This document shows positions 1 to 9,465 of a DNA stretch of 62,810 bases, piece by piece. The notes beneath the pieces are model-generated. The model had not been told where the DNA came from, made no database searches, and saw nothing but the letters and a program-made list of their open reading frames with translations. This stretch comes from an uncultured Candidatus Poseidoniales archaeon. GTDB lineage: Archaea > Thermoplasmatota > Poseidoniia > Poseidoniales > Thalassarchaeaceae. Position 1 is the first letter of the stretch. Each line of letters opens with the position of its first letter. Position numbers and translations under genes: made by a program. The stretch spans positions 1 to 62,810 of the forward strand of contig CAYNXD010000073.1 of the NCBI GenBank assembly GCA_964401115.1. The letters run 5' to 3'.

Positions 1-2
1 CA

Positions 3-233
3 ACTGGAATTGGTAGAGTTCTCCTCCCCCTATCCGTGCTCCCTGAAGGTTTATCCTCAAAAGTAGAATTGCTAGTTTTAGATGGCGTTGATTGTAGAAC
101 CTTAGATGATATAGGGATTAAAATTGATAATGTAATAGAAAAAACTAGTTCCGGATTCGTAATTGATGGCGTTGAAATAGCAATTTCAAAATCATTGCAA
201 TCGAGAATTCTGGTACGCGAAATTGATGATTGA
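3..233 (+). CDS. 3' end of a gene that starts upstream of the window; product unknown
   Basis: Frame is open from the window edge to the stop at 231-233 (track ORF 36..233). No motif I can name. Confidence 0.3.
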   Translation, partial: TGIGRVLLPLSVLPEGLSSKVELLVLDGVDCRTLDDIGIKIDNVIEKTSSGFVIDGVEIAISKSLQSRILVREIDD

Positions 234-274
234 AAAAGAACGATTTGATATGGGATTGATTGTTCCGCCTGCAT

Positions 275-1282
275 ATGGCGGATTCTGAATCTGAGGATGA
301 CCCAGAAGGCGATGAGGTCAAAGAACGCCTTCAAAATATGGAGTCGAGGATGCGGAAATTGTCAGAACAGCGCCGTTCTCACAATGAATCTGCGAGAGCT
401 CATGCAGACCAGAGGGATGCTATTCAGAAACAGTATTCCGAGCTTCGTGAAGAAATCAAAGAAATACTTGAATCACAGAAAGAAGTTAGAAAAAAGGCAA
501 AAATTCACCAGGCTAGAAGAGATGCCATTCAAGAACAATTGAGAAATCTTTTTTCACGTTCAAAATCATCTAACTCTGGCCGTGGCAAATCTGTAATTCT
601 ACAGTTATCTGAGAAGAGCGCAGAAGTAGAAAAATTGGAAGAGAGATTAGTGATTGATGGCACACTGACATTGGATAAGGAAAATAGGTTACACAAGAAA
701 TTAAAGTCATTAAAATCCGAAATCAAGCAACTAGAACCACTAGTTGAAGAGGAGATGAGAATAAAAATTGATATTGATGATCTAGAAGGCTCAATAGATC
801 ATCTAAAATTAGAAGCAGATGATGAACACAAACAGATGCTAGCTCTAAATGAAGAAGCCGACAAAATTTGGGAGGGGATAAAACTGAAGTTTGAAGAGCG
901 TGATTTTCTAAAGGCAGAAGGTGATAGGTTGCATTCCCTTTTCTCTAAATGTAGAGAAGATGCAGATTCTGTTCATTCACAAATAGAAGAACTAAGGGGG
1001 CAAGTCACCGAGGTCAGGAACGAGTTGAAGGCTTTGAGAGAGGAGAGAAAGTCATGGATTTCTATTCACAATAAATCTGTTGAGGAATCTACTAGCAATC
1101 CAAAGGATGATGCAGAATTAGCAGACAGCCTCGTTTCTAAATTGATGGGTTCGGGAGAACTTTCTCTAGGGGGCACAGGTGGTAATAAACCACAAAAAGA
1201 GGCAAAGTCATCTAGAAGAAAAGGAAGGAGAACTAGTGCCCCAAGGAGGGGTAATAAGGGCCGTTCTAAGAAGAACGATTAA
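275..1282 (+). CDS. Archaeal coiled-coil protein (COG1340-like) with basic C-terminal tail
   Basis: Track ORF 260..1282 starts at TTG; first ATG is at 275. E/K/R/L-rich heptad-like sequence throughout. Last ~30 aa are Lys/Arg-rich (RRKGRRTSAPRRGNKGRSKK). Confidence 0.6.
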   Translation: MADSESEDDPEGDEVKERLQNMESRMRKLSEQRRSHNESARAHADQRDAIQKQYSELREEIKEILESQKEVRKKAKIHQARRDAIQEQLRNLFSRSKSSNSGRGKSVILQLSEKSAEVEKLEERLVIDGTLTLDKENRLHKKLKSLKSEIKQLEPLVEEEMRIKIDIDDLEGSIDHLKLEADDEHKQMLALNEEADKIWEGIKLKFEERDFLKAEGDRLHSLFSKCREDADSVHSQIEELRGQVTEVRNELKALREERKSWISIHNKSVEESTSNPKDDAELADSLVSKLMGSGELSLGGTGGNKPQKEAKSSRRKGRRTSAPRRGNKGRSKKND

Positions 1283-1396
1283 TCCTATTTACCAATTTCA
1301 AATCAGGGCCCGTAATAATCACCACGCGCTGTAATGGTTCCCAATCCTGACAGGGGCCCATTATTCTAAAATAGTCTATTCAAAGGGCGGCGTTTA

Positions 1397-1639
1397 ATGA
1401 CAGAAGACTCCTCCTCACCTCATCGTTCATACGACCGTCAATGGGATGAAATTGAGGAAATGCTTGAATTGGCAGAATCTCGCGGTTTGGAGTGGCAAAA
1501 CTGGTTTGAAGAATGCAGAGAAAATGGAGATAGGGAAGGCATGAAAGAAGCAGCTAGGAATTTTAAGGCTCTTGACGGGGTAATCAAGTGCTTGAAGTGG
1601 GTTTTAGGGGAAGAAGGAATTGATCACCCACTGGAATGA
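1397..1639 (+). CDS. Hypothetical small acidic protein (80 aa)
   Basis: ATG-initiated ORF in an otherwise non-coding gap. No recognisable motif. Confidence 0.35.
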   Translation: MTEDSSSPHRSYDRQWDEIEEMLELAESRGLEWQNWFEECRENGDREGMKEAARNFKALDGVIKCLKWVLGEEGIDHPLE

Positions 1640-1721
1640 AAAATACAATTTTTATTAAAAAACATTTTTTCCTACCTTACTAACATTGATGAGAGGCACC
1701 CCGGTCGTGAGGTTCGTTAAC

Positions 1722-2705
1722 ATGGCTCTCGACCTAAATGAAATGCGGCACGGAACCGAACTGCTAAAGCGCGGATTCGCAAAAATGCAGGAAGGGGGTG
1801 TAATCATGGATGTAGTTACTCCAGAACAGGCCCATGTTGCAGAAGATGCGGGTGCGACTGCCGTAATGGCACTTGAGAGGGTACCTGCCGATATCCGAGC
1901 AATGGGTGGTGTTGCAAGAATGAGCCACCCCTCTCTTATTCAAGGAATAATAGATACGACTTCAATTCCTGTGATGGCAAAAGCAAGAATAGGACATTCT
2001 GAAGAAGCTAGGGTCCTAGCTGCATTGGGCGTAGACATGGTTGATGAATCAGAGGTTCTAACTCCTGCGGACCCGTTTTATCACATACCCAAGAACGATT
2101 TTACCATTCCATTCGTATGTGGTTGCACGAATTTGGGGGAGGCTGTTAGAAGAATTCACGAGGGCGCTGCAATGATTCGGACTAAGGGAGAGGCAGTGAC
2201 TGGTAATGTCGTAAGTGCAGTAAAGCACGCCCATTTAGTGTCTCAAGAAATAAATTGGTTACAGAATTGTGGGGAGGAAGACCATTCTTTTGCTGTTGAG
2301 CAAATAGTTGAAGGATTCCTTAAACTAGAGTATGAGAGTGAATTGGGTGTTGAATTGCAAAATACTCCATTTGGCACTATCAAGGAATGTATTGATGGGG
2401 TAGAGGAGATTCTTGCTGAAGTTAAAAAATTAGGAAGATTGCCGGTTGTAACATTTTCCGCAGGCGGAATTGCTACTCCTACTGATGCAGCATTGATGAT
2501 GAAGCAAGGGATGGATGGTATTTTCGTTGGTTCTGGAATTTTCAAGTCAGAGGATCCAGAAACCACTGCTAGTGCGATTGTATATGCCACACATCACTTC
2601 GATGATGCATACAAGATTGCCGAAGCATCATCAATGATGCTTTCACCTATGCCGGGTCTTGAAATTGAAAGCCTAGATGTTCGGATGGAAGAACGAGGGC
2701 ATTAA
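1722..2705 (+). CDS. pdxS: Pyridoxal 5'-phosphate synthase lyase subunit PdxS
   Basis: [42 protein letters not shown] and RTKGEA.TGNVV are near-invariant PdxS blocks. Start placed at MALDL (ATG 1722) by analogy with PdxS N-termini; the track ORF starts at 1686. Confidence 0.93.
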   Translation: MALDLNEMRHGTELLKRGFAKMQEGGVIMDVVTPEQAHVAEDAGATAVMALERVPADIRAMGGVARMSHPSLIQGIIDTTSIPVMAKARIGHSEEARVLAALGVDMVDESEVLTPADPFYHIPKNDFTIPFVCGCTNLGEAVRRIHEGAAMIRTKGEAVTGNVVSAVKHAHLVSQEINWLQNCGEEDHSFAVEQIVEGFLKLEYESELGVELQNTPFGTIKECIDGVEEILAEVKKLGRLPVVTFSAGGIATPTDAALMMKQGMDGIFVGSGIFKSEDPETTASAIVYATHHFDDAYKIAEASSMMLSPMPGLEIESLDVRMEERGH

Positions 2706-2715
2706 TCAAGAAAAT

Positions 2716-2988
2716 TCAGCCAAGCACTGGAGAGTCGCCCTCGGCTACAGGTAAGTCTGGGGATTCCTTTTCGTTGCGTTCAATCCATTCATTCTCTTCC
2801 TCAGGGACATCGAATTCATCAAAAATAGCATCTACGGGGCACTCAGTAATGCAAGCCCCACAATCTATACATTCATCAGGGTCGATTACCAAATATGTCG
2901 GCGCTTCTCTAAACGCTTCAACAGGGCAAACTGCTACACATTCCTGATATTTCATATCCACACATGGCGATGTAACTACGTGAGTCAT
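2716..2988 (-). CDS. Dicluster (3Fe-4S + 4Fe-4S type) ferredoxin
   Basis: Cx7Cx3CP ([14 protein letters not shown]) followed by CxxCxxCxxxCP ([12 protein letters not shown]), with an acidic C-terminal tail. Confidence 0.85.
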   Translation of the reverse strand: MTHVVTSPCVDMKYQECVAVCPVEAFREAPTYLVIDPDECIDCGACITECPVDAIFDEFDVPEEENEWIERNEKESPDLPVAEGDSPVLG

Positions 2989-3030
2989 GGCTATCCCAGT
3001 TGCCGACCCCGAGGGCTCCTATTGATGAAG

Positions 3031-3516
3031 TTACTCATCATTGACATCAATGATTGAAGGAAATCCGAGTTTTTCAGCAATTTCGTGAGTCTCATCTAAT
3101 AATCTTCTAGCAACGTCATCTTTGGTATCATTAGGATAAATCTCAAGTTTTACTCTCCCTTTAACGAAATCAACATTATCTCTAGAATTTACTAGAACGA
3201 TTCTTCCGCATACTAATTCATTCAGATCTAGTCTTAAATGTAACCAATTCTCATCGTCTATCCGTTCATCGAGAGAATTTTTTAGTTGCCCAATCAATTT
3301 AGCACCAATTCTTGGGAAGGCTTTTCTGGCTGCGCCCTTCTTATCAGCATCCGCTCGAACAATATACATTGATGAACCATGAAATGATTGTGTTTTTTCT
3401 ACTTCAACTAATTTTTCATCGCCTATTAACCAAACTAGCGCATCATAAATCAAATGGATATCTGCGACACCTGAAGCATTTACAGACCATTCAACTCGGT
3501 GTATAGGGAGTGCCAT
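3031..3516 (-). CDS. DUF54/COG1325-like RNA-binding protein (predicted exosome-associated)
   Basis: Size (161 aa) and blocks SFHGSSMYIV and ERIDDENWLHLRLD resemble the archaeal DUF54 family. Recognition is from memory only. Confidence 0.45.
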   Translation of the reverse strand: MALPIHRVEWSVNASGVADIHLIYDALVWLIGDEKLVEVEKTQSFHGSSMYIVRADADKKGAARKAFPRIGAKLIGQLKNSLDERIDDENWLHLRLDLNELVCGRIVLVNSRDNVDFVKGRVKLEIYPNDTKDDVARRLLDETHEIAEKLGFPSIIDVNDE

Positions 3517-3664
3517 TAGTGATTGGCTGTAGCCTACAATTCATGACTGTGCCGCATGAATTGATATTGTATCACAAATTTTGCCAGTCGCGGCGTTCAA
3601 ATAGTGGGGTAAAGTCGGCGAGTCGCTAATGGGGTAGCCCCCGTGATAATTCAGGTGTTTGAGA

Positions 3665-4579
3665 ATGGCGGCAAAAGGAGCGAAAGCACGCGCAGCAGCA
3701 CGGAAACAGAGAGATAAGTGGAAGTCAAAGCGATGGTTCACCATTCGCGCACCTAGGCAACCCTGGCAATACAAGATAATTGGGGAAACTTTAGGGGAAA
3801 CTCGAGAACACATTATCAATAGAATTTATGAAACTACTCAGAATGAAGTAGATGGTGATTTCAGCAAGATGCATGTGAAATTGCGTTTCCGTGTTATCGA
3901 TACTAGGGGCGAAGATGCATTGACTGAATTTATTGGCCATACACTGCAGAATGATTACGTCAGAAGGCAAATCCGCCGTCACCGTGGTAGAGTAGATGAT
4001 GTAGTCGATTGCGTTACTGCCGATGGATTCTATATTCGAATTAAGCCTGCTGCAGTAGCATCTCATAGGATTAAGAGTAGTCAGAAGAGCCAGATGAGAA
4101 AATTGATGAAAGACGCGATTTTACAATTCACAGCGCGTTCAACTTGGTTGGATGTGCAAAATTCACTACTAACTGACTCTATGGAGAAATTGTTGATTGA
4201 GGCGATTAAACCCATCCATCCAACAAAGAGTGTCATGATTAGAAAGGTTCAGTTAATTCAATCAGGAGTTGTATCTGATGATGGTCCCACACTTGATGAT
4301 ATTCACGAAAGTGAGAAGAAAGATTCGGCTGAAAGGGCAGCTAAGAAGGCTGCTGCTTTGGAAAAGGCAATGGCTGGCGAAGATGAGGAGGATTCAGAAT
4401 CTGGGGGGGATAATTCAGAATCAATAGAACATGAAGATGTTGTTGCTGATGAAGATGAAGTTCCGTCTGAAGAAGATCTAACATCACTAACTGTTGCTGA
4501 ACTAAAAGAAAGATGCAAGGCGGCAGGGCTCAAAGTTGGTGGCAAGAAATCTGAATTGATTGCTAGACTAAGTGAGTGA
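3665..4579 (+). CDS. rps3ae: 30S ribosomal protein S3Ae (eS1) with acidic linker and C-terminal SAP/HeH motif
   Basis: N-terminus AAKGAKARAAARKQRDKWKSKRWFTIRAP and a core of ~200 aa typical of S3Ae. ATG at 3665 (track TTG 3659). C-terminus LTVAELKERCKAAGLKVGGKKSELIARL. Confidence 0.85.
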   Translation: MAAKGAKARAAARKQRDKWKSKRWFTIRAPRQPWQYKIIGETLGETREHIINRIYETTQNEVDGDFSKMHVKLRFRVIDTRGEDALTEFIGHTLQNDYVRRQIRRHRGRVDDVVDCVTADGFYIRIKPAAVASHRIKSSQKSQMRKLMKDAILQFTARSTWLDVQNSLLTDSMEKLLIEAIKPIHPTKSVMIRKVQLIQSGVVSDDGPTLDDIHESEKKDSAERAAKKAAALEKAMAGEDEEDSESGGDNSESIEHEDVVADEDEVPSEEDLTSLTVAELKERCKAAGLKVGGKKSELIARLSE

Positions 4580-4590
4580 GGTGGTGAAGT

Positions 4591-5400
4591 ATGCAAAGGA
4601 TCGCCGTCATCGGCGGTACTGGGATGAAAGAGCTGGTTTCCGGTGCTAATATTGGAATTGAAGGGTCAGAATCTGGAGATTCTATTATTTCACTTTCAAA
4701 AATTGATAAATTGAGTATTGAAACAGAATATGGAGAGGTTCCTGCAGAGGTATTGTTGCTAACTCGCCATGGACAAGGTGAACTAAGAATTTTCATCATT
4801 CATAGACACCACGGTGAAGGTAAAACTACACCCCCCCATCTTATCAATTATCACGCAAATGTTAGTGCTGCAGCATCATGTCAGCCAGATATCATCCTTT
4901 CAATACAGTCAGTAGGGGCAATAGATCCAAATTTCCCCCCTGGTACTGTTGGGATGGCTGAGCATACACTAGATTTCTGTAGTGAGCCAGTTACATTCTC
5001 TACTGAAGATGCCCACCATGCAGACATGACTCATCATTATCCAAAATATTTGAGAGACTTACTTAGGCCAATTCTTGCCGAGCAGTCGTCATCTGAATTA
5101 ACTCTTGACCATGTAGTTTCCCACATGCCTGGTCCGCAATTTGAGACACCTGCTGAAATAGAGGCTTGGAGTAGGCTAGGTGCTACTGCAGCAAGTATGA
5201 CCATTTCTCCAGAAGCTAGATTGATAGCTGAGACTGGAATACCTCATGTTGGTTTGATTGCTTCTTCAAATTGGGCTGCTGGGAAAACTCCGGGTGACTC
5301 TGAGGCTAAAATTGATCATGAATCTGTGGAGTCAAAAGCAGCGCATATGCACGGGACAATTTGGAATTGTCTCAACGCTCTTTTGACATACGAAGAATAA
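4591..5400 (+). CDS. MTA / purine nucleoside phosphorylase family protein
   Basis: IAVIGGTG start, RHG..H..PPHLINYHANV block and GPQFETPAE block typical of MTAP/PNP-I. GAGGTGGTGA lies just upstream of the ATG. Confidence 0.75.
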   Translation: MQRIAVIGGTGMKELVSGANIGIEGSESGDSIISLSKIDKLSIETEYGEVPAEVLLLTRHGQGELRIFIIHRHHGEGKTTPPHLINYHANVSAAASCQPDIILSIQSVGAIDPNFPPGTVGMAEHTLDFCSEPVTFSTEDAHHADMTHHYPKYLRDLLRPILAEQSSSELTLDHVVSHMPGPQFETPAEIEAWSRLGATAASMTISPEARLIAETGIPHVGLIASSNWAAGKTPGDSEAKIDHESVESKAAHMHGTIWNCLNALLTYEE

Positions 5401-5425
5401 TCACCCCTATTCCTAAGGGGTATTT

Positions 5426-5842
5426 ATGCAAGATAGGCCAATAGATGTTGTTCAATGGATGAAGCACCCAATGCAAAAGGGTATGGGTGATAATGGAATA
5501 CCTGATGGTTCATGGGAAAAAATGATGTGCAGAGTGGCTAGATTTCATGACAAACACGATTTTGCAGATCCAGAAAATAATGGCCATGATATGGGTTATC
5601 GTCTAGCACTAATGATAGAAGAATTGGGGGAATTGTCAGCAGCAATCACAAAACGTAAGCCTGATCAAGAAGCCGCCGAAGAATTAGCAGATGTTTTCAT
5701 ACTCACATTGGGCAATGCATTAGCCATGGAGGTCGATTTAGAGAAGGTATTCCATCAAAAAATGGATCGCCTAATGCTTAGAAAAGCAAGAAGAGGAAAT
5801 CTAGGAATTCGTGTAACAGAGTATGCTGGTGAAAATGAATAA
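5426..5842 (+). CDS. MazG-like nucleotide pyrophosphohydrolase
   Basis: EELGEL ... EELADVFI pair of acidic helices (the EExxE/D motifs of all-alpha NTP-PPases). Confidence 0.7.
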   Translation: MQDRPIDVVQWMKHPMQKGMGDNGIPDGSWEKMMCRVARFHDKHDFADPENNGHDMGYRLALMIEELGELSAAITKRKPDQEAAEELADVFILTLGNALAMEVDLEKVFHQKMDRLMLRKARRGNLGIRVTEYAGENE

Positions 5843-5926
5843 TGGGTTTTGTCGAACTAATTGGTAATACTCATGTTTCCAAAAATAAAATAAAGAAAAG
5901 TCCGACGTAGAAATTACAGTGATATC

Positions 5927-6220
5927 ATGTCATCGAGTTATCGTGTAAATTGTGATTTAGAAGGGACTTATGAAGGAGAAATCAGAAAAGATGCTATGAA
6001 TAGTGTCCTTGATTCAATAGGGGGTTTGACGGATTCAGGATTAGAGTCAACTAATCTGAGTGCTGATGAAGATTATAATCAACCAGGTAAAATAAATGTT
6101 AGAATAACCCTTGAAGGAAATAAAATGGCATCCGGTAGCCAAGAAATAATAGAAGATATATTACGTATTTGCAAAGAGATTGATGTGGATATTACGAGCA
6201 TTAGTTGTTACAAAAACTAA
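5927..6220 (+). CDS. Hypothetical protein (97 aa)
   Basis: ATG ORF filling an intergenic gap. No motif recognised. Confidence 0.35.
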   Translation: MSSSYRVNCDLEGTYEGEIRKDAMNSVLDSIGGLTDSGLESTNLSADEDYNQPGKINVRITLEGNKMASGSQEIIEDILRICKEIDVDITSISCYKN

Positions 6221-6224
6221 ACAT

Positions 6225-6848
6225 CTATTTCCGTGCAATTATAGCAAGTGTCCCGGGCCACTCTTCAGTTTTGTTGGCTCTAAACATTCTCAAAATCTTA
6301 AAGCCAACCGACTCAACTATTTCATGCCATTCAGATTCACTAAACATTGCCATACCAACTCCGACCTTTTCTGACCATCCATGACATTCTTCATTCTCTT
6401 GGTAATGATCTATCCCAAATGCTAAGATACCTCCACTTTTTAACCAATTATCCCTGACAGATTTTAGAAATGAAGGAATATCATTTAGGTAGTATAGAAC
6501 TTCCATAGAATGAACTAATTCAACAGGTTCATTAGGAGACCAAGATTCCAAATCAGCACAAATGTATTCGCCATTGTAATCGATTTCATTGGCCCTTACA
6601 ATCATAGCTTTTGCTCCATCGACACCGATTATATGTTCACATTTTTCCATCGAGGATAGCATTCGAACTACCCAACCGTTTCCACACCCTGCATCGATTG
6701 CGTGAAAACCTTCATCACCCATTTCCTCAAAAGTGGCTGCAAGAATTTCATTTACGGCAGCGGAATGACCTTTCTCCATTCCTGAATCTTTACCTTGTTC
6801 CGCCCATTCAGAGAATACTTCAGTTGCAGGTCTCATACCTTCCGGCAA
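6225..6848 (-). CDS. Class I SAM-dependent methyltransferase
   Basis: Motif I AIDAGCGNGW and overall size and fold pattern of small-molecule methyltransferases. Confidence 0.75.
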   Translation of the reverse strand: MPEGMRPATEVFSEWAEQGKDSGMEKGHSAAVNEILAATFEEMGDEGFHAIDAGCGNGWVVRMLSSMEKCEHIIGVDGAKAMIVRANEIDYNGEYICADLESWSPNEPVELVHSMEVLYYLNDIPSFLKSVRDNWLKSGGILAFGIDHYQENEECHGWSEKVGVGMAMFSESEWHEIVESVGFKILRMFRANKTEEWPGTLAIIARK

Positions 6849-6877
6849 TGAATGAAGGCTTTCGGTTTTTTCGTTAA

Positions 6878-7207
6878 TTATCCGTATTCATGAAGGGCAG
6901 TAGCGCCGGTCTCTGTAGAGATAATTTTACCATCCACAATTCTGTGAACTGACAAAACAGCTTCAGGCGTGGTCCCATTTGCAAATGTCACAAATGTATG
7001 TTCAACTCCAATTTCATCATTTTCATATATTATTCTACTTCTACTTCTTGTGAATGAATCACTCATACACCAACCAATTAAATCACTCTTGAAAAGTACT
7101 TTGTTATTGATATGAATGAAAAATTTGTAATCATCACAAACTAATTCTTTGATGGTGGCTTCATCCTTATTTTCTACTGCTTCAATAAATCTCTTGATAA
7201 CAGACAT
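6878..7207 (-). CDS. SnoaL/NTF2-like fold protein
   Basis: N-terminus IKRFIEAVENKDEATIKELVCDDY, typical of SnoaL-like domains; 109 aa. Confidence 0.5.
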   Translation of the reverse strand: MSVIKRFIEAVENKDEATIKELVCDDYKFFIHINNKVLFKSDLIGWCMSDSFTRSRSRIIYENDEIGVEHTFVTFANGTTPEAVLSVHRIVDGKIISTETGATALHEYG

Positions 7208-7220
7208 ATTCTAATCACAA

Positions 7221-7724
7221 TTATTTTGCACGCTCGTAAGAAGCAAAGGCCATGTCGAAAGAATTATTTTCATTTGCTCTGACAGTTTCTCTACTTATTT
7301 CCTCCCAATCATCCCAATTGATGTATGGGAACCATGTATCTCCGCCTCCAACTTTCGCTTTAACATGAGTAACAAGCAATCTATCACACCTAGGTAACAT
7401 AGTAGCGTAAATAGCACCGCCACCAATTACCCATGCCCAGCCGTCAGCTCCTGCCTCAATAGCAGAAATATTTAGTGCATCATCTATGCTATTTACTATC
7501 TCTACATTAGGTACATACCATTCCATATCTCTAGTCAAGACTACATTCAGCCTCCCAGGAAGTGACTTGCCAATGGCTTCGTAAGTTTTTCTTCCCATAA
7601 TTATCGGGCAACCCATTGTACTCCTTTTGAAATGAGCTAGGTCAGCAGGTAAGTGCCATGGCATTACGCCATCCCTGCCAATAACGCCATCTTCATCCAT
7701 TGCTACAATCATTCCCAGTTTCAT
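7221..7724 (-). CDS. folA: Dihydrofolate reductase
   Basis: IVAMDEDGVIGRDG.MPWHLPADLAHFKRSTMG.PIIMGRKTYE is the canonical FolA N-terminal signature. Confidence 0.9.
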   Translation of the reverse strand: MKLGMIVAMDEDGVIGRDGVMPWHLPADLAHFKRSTMGCPIIMGRKTYEAIGKSLPGRLNVVLTRDMEWYVPNVEIVNSIDDALNISAIEAGADGWAWVIGGGAIYATMLPRCDRLLVTHVKAKVGGGDTWFPYINWDDWEEISRETVRANENNSFDMAFASYERAK

Positions 7725-7733
7725 TTAATCATC

Positions 7734-8528
7734 TCATACACTTATTTTTGCCGCTATATGCGGATGGTGGTTGTAATTCTCTATTTTGATATCCTCAAAT
7801 GAGAAGTCATCTATCTCCTTGCATTCGGGATTGAGTTTTAGTCTTGGTATTTCTAGTGGTGTTCTAGTGACTTGTTCCCTAGCTTGCTCTAGATGATTTA
7901 GATAGAGGTGGGCATCACCAATAGTATGTATGAAGTCACCAGGTTTTAGACCACATACCTGAGCCATCATACATGTCAAAAGACTGTAAGAAGATATATT
8001 GAAAGGAACGCCTAGAAATACATCAGCTGAGCGTTGATATAGTTGACAAGATAATTCTCCATTTGCGACATAAAACTGGAAAAAGGCGTGACATGGCATC
8101 AAAGCCATTTCATCAAGTTCCCCTACATTCCATGCAGAAACAATTATTCTGCGAGATCCTGGATTTTCTCTAATTTGCTTGATAGCATTTCTAATTTGAT
8201 CTACTACAAGCCCATCTTTAGATTCCCAAGCCCTCCATTGCTTTCCATAAACTGGTCCTAAATCACCATTTTCATCAGCCCATTCATTCCAAATTCTAAC
8301 GTTATTATCTGTTAGATATCTTGTATTTGTATCTCCTGAAATAAACCATAATAGTTCGTGAATAATGCTGGGCCAATGAACTCTCTTTGTAGTAATTGCA
8401 GGCAGTCCTCTTCGAAGGTCATATCTTGCTTGGTGTCCAAAGACAGAAAGGGTCCCTGTGCCAGTTCTATCATCACGTTCGACACCCTGTTGTAGGATGG
8501 TTTTGATTAGGTGCAGATACTGGTCCAT
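7734..8528 (-). CDS. thyA: Thymidylate synthase ThyA
   Basis: DRTGTGT.SVFG, the PCH active-site block ([13 protein letters not shown]) and DAHLY; 264 aa. Confidence 0.95.
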   Translation of the reverse strand: MDQYLHLIKTILQQGVERDDRTGTGTLSVFGHQARYDLRRGLPAITTKRVHWPSIIHELLWFISGDTNTRYLTDNNVRIWNEWADENGDLGPVYGKQWRAWESKDGLVVDQIRNAIKQIRENPGSRRIIVSAWNVGELDEMALMPCHAFFQFYVANGELSCQLYQRSADVFLGVPFNISSYSLLTCMMAQVCGLKPGDFIHTIGDAHLYLNHLEQAREQVTRTPLEIPRLKLNPECKEIDDFSFEDIKIENYNHHPHIAAKISV

Positions 8529-8599
8529 GACGACGCCGGTATAGTGGGGTGAAAGGGCGAACTAAGAACAAATCGCTTGAGTTGCGTTTTATGATGGTT

Positions 8600-9391
8600 T
8601 CAGGGGGCGCCCAGAGCAGCCAGAGTTGCAATAGTTTGATTTGTAAATTTCCGATAAAGTTGGCGCCTCTTTTCGTGCAATTTTTCTTCAGAAAGTTTGC
8701 TCATTTTCTTTACTTCAGAATCTGTGATGCCTCCCCCATTTTTATCCTCTACCCACTCATTCCAGGTGATTGTTGTGCTGAATCTAAGTTCTGTACGCTT
8801 CCAAAATTTTGGAAGGAATGGCTCACCAGGGGCAAGTATTTCTCTTGATCCTTTTATTCCACAGAAGATTACTGGCACATCGGGAAACGATGCAGCAATT
8901 CTAGCAATTCCAGTTTTTCCTCTTGCTAGGAAGGGAGGTGATTTATTTCTAGAGCGGGTTCCTTCTGGGAAAATACCTAGTGGCATACCGGCTTCAAGAA
9001 CGTCTGCAGCTCTAGCAATCGCATCATCTCCTCCAAAACTTCGATTAGTCTCAACTTGCCCAGTTGCTAGCATCAATTGTCTCCAACCAATTTTCTTGAA
9101 ATGCTCATCTTTTGCAAGGTAGAACAGTTTTCTTCTTGAACTAAATATTGCGAGTGCAGGGTCTAGGTGGGAAAGGTGATTGGCAGCAACAATAACAGGT
9201 CCCTTTTGAGGAATGTTTTCACGTCCAAATATTCTCAATCTAGTAATTATATTGAATAGCGGAATCGCAAAATTTAGCAATCCTGTGTAATATGGGGTCG
9301 AGGGTATAGGCCTCCCAGCAGGTTCGATATGCATTAACTCGGCCAGATTGTCGCGACCTTCATCTGACAAACCCATGAGTGCTCGTAACAA
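8600..9391 (-). CDS. plsC: 1-acyl-sn-glycerol-3-phosphate acyltransferase-like (PlsC family)
   Basis: Acyltransferase motif I NHLSHLD (HX4D) and motif III FPEGTRS. Confidence 0.78.
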   Translation of the reverse strand: MLRALMGLSDEGRDNLAELMHIEPAGRPIPSTPYYTGLLNFAIPLFNIITRLRIFGRENIPQKGPVIVAANHLSHLDPALAIFSSRRKLFYLAKDEHFKKIGWRQLMLATGQVETNRSFGGDDAIARAADVLEAGMPLGIFPEGTRSRNKSPPFLARGKTGIARIAASFPDVPVIFCGIKGSREILAPGEPFLPKFWKRTELRFSTTITWNEWVEDKNGGGITDSEVKKMSKLSEEKLHEKRRQLYRKFTNQTIATLAALGAP

Positions 9392-9465
9392 TGGTTTGTT
9401 TTCATGGTTGTTAAAGGAAGAGGGATAACCGAGTCATTCTTGACTGAATCTTTAGTCGGCGTTCC

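Noticed and set aside
1306-1365. Two GGGCCC motifs with AATAAT/ATTATT neighbours in the gap before 1397, considered as an sRNA or hairpin
   Set aside because: The arms are not arranged to pair (GGGCCC precedes the A/T element in both copies). No C/D or H/ACA boxes are present.
8549-9122. + strand ORFs (99 and 141 aa) opposite the PlsC-like gene. Similar antisense ORFs occur inside pdxS, the RND genes, rpiA and others.
   Set aside because: They lie wholly within longer ORFs that have clear family motifs. They have odd composition and no motifs.
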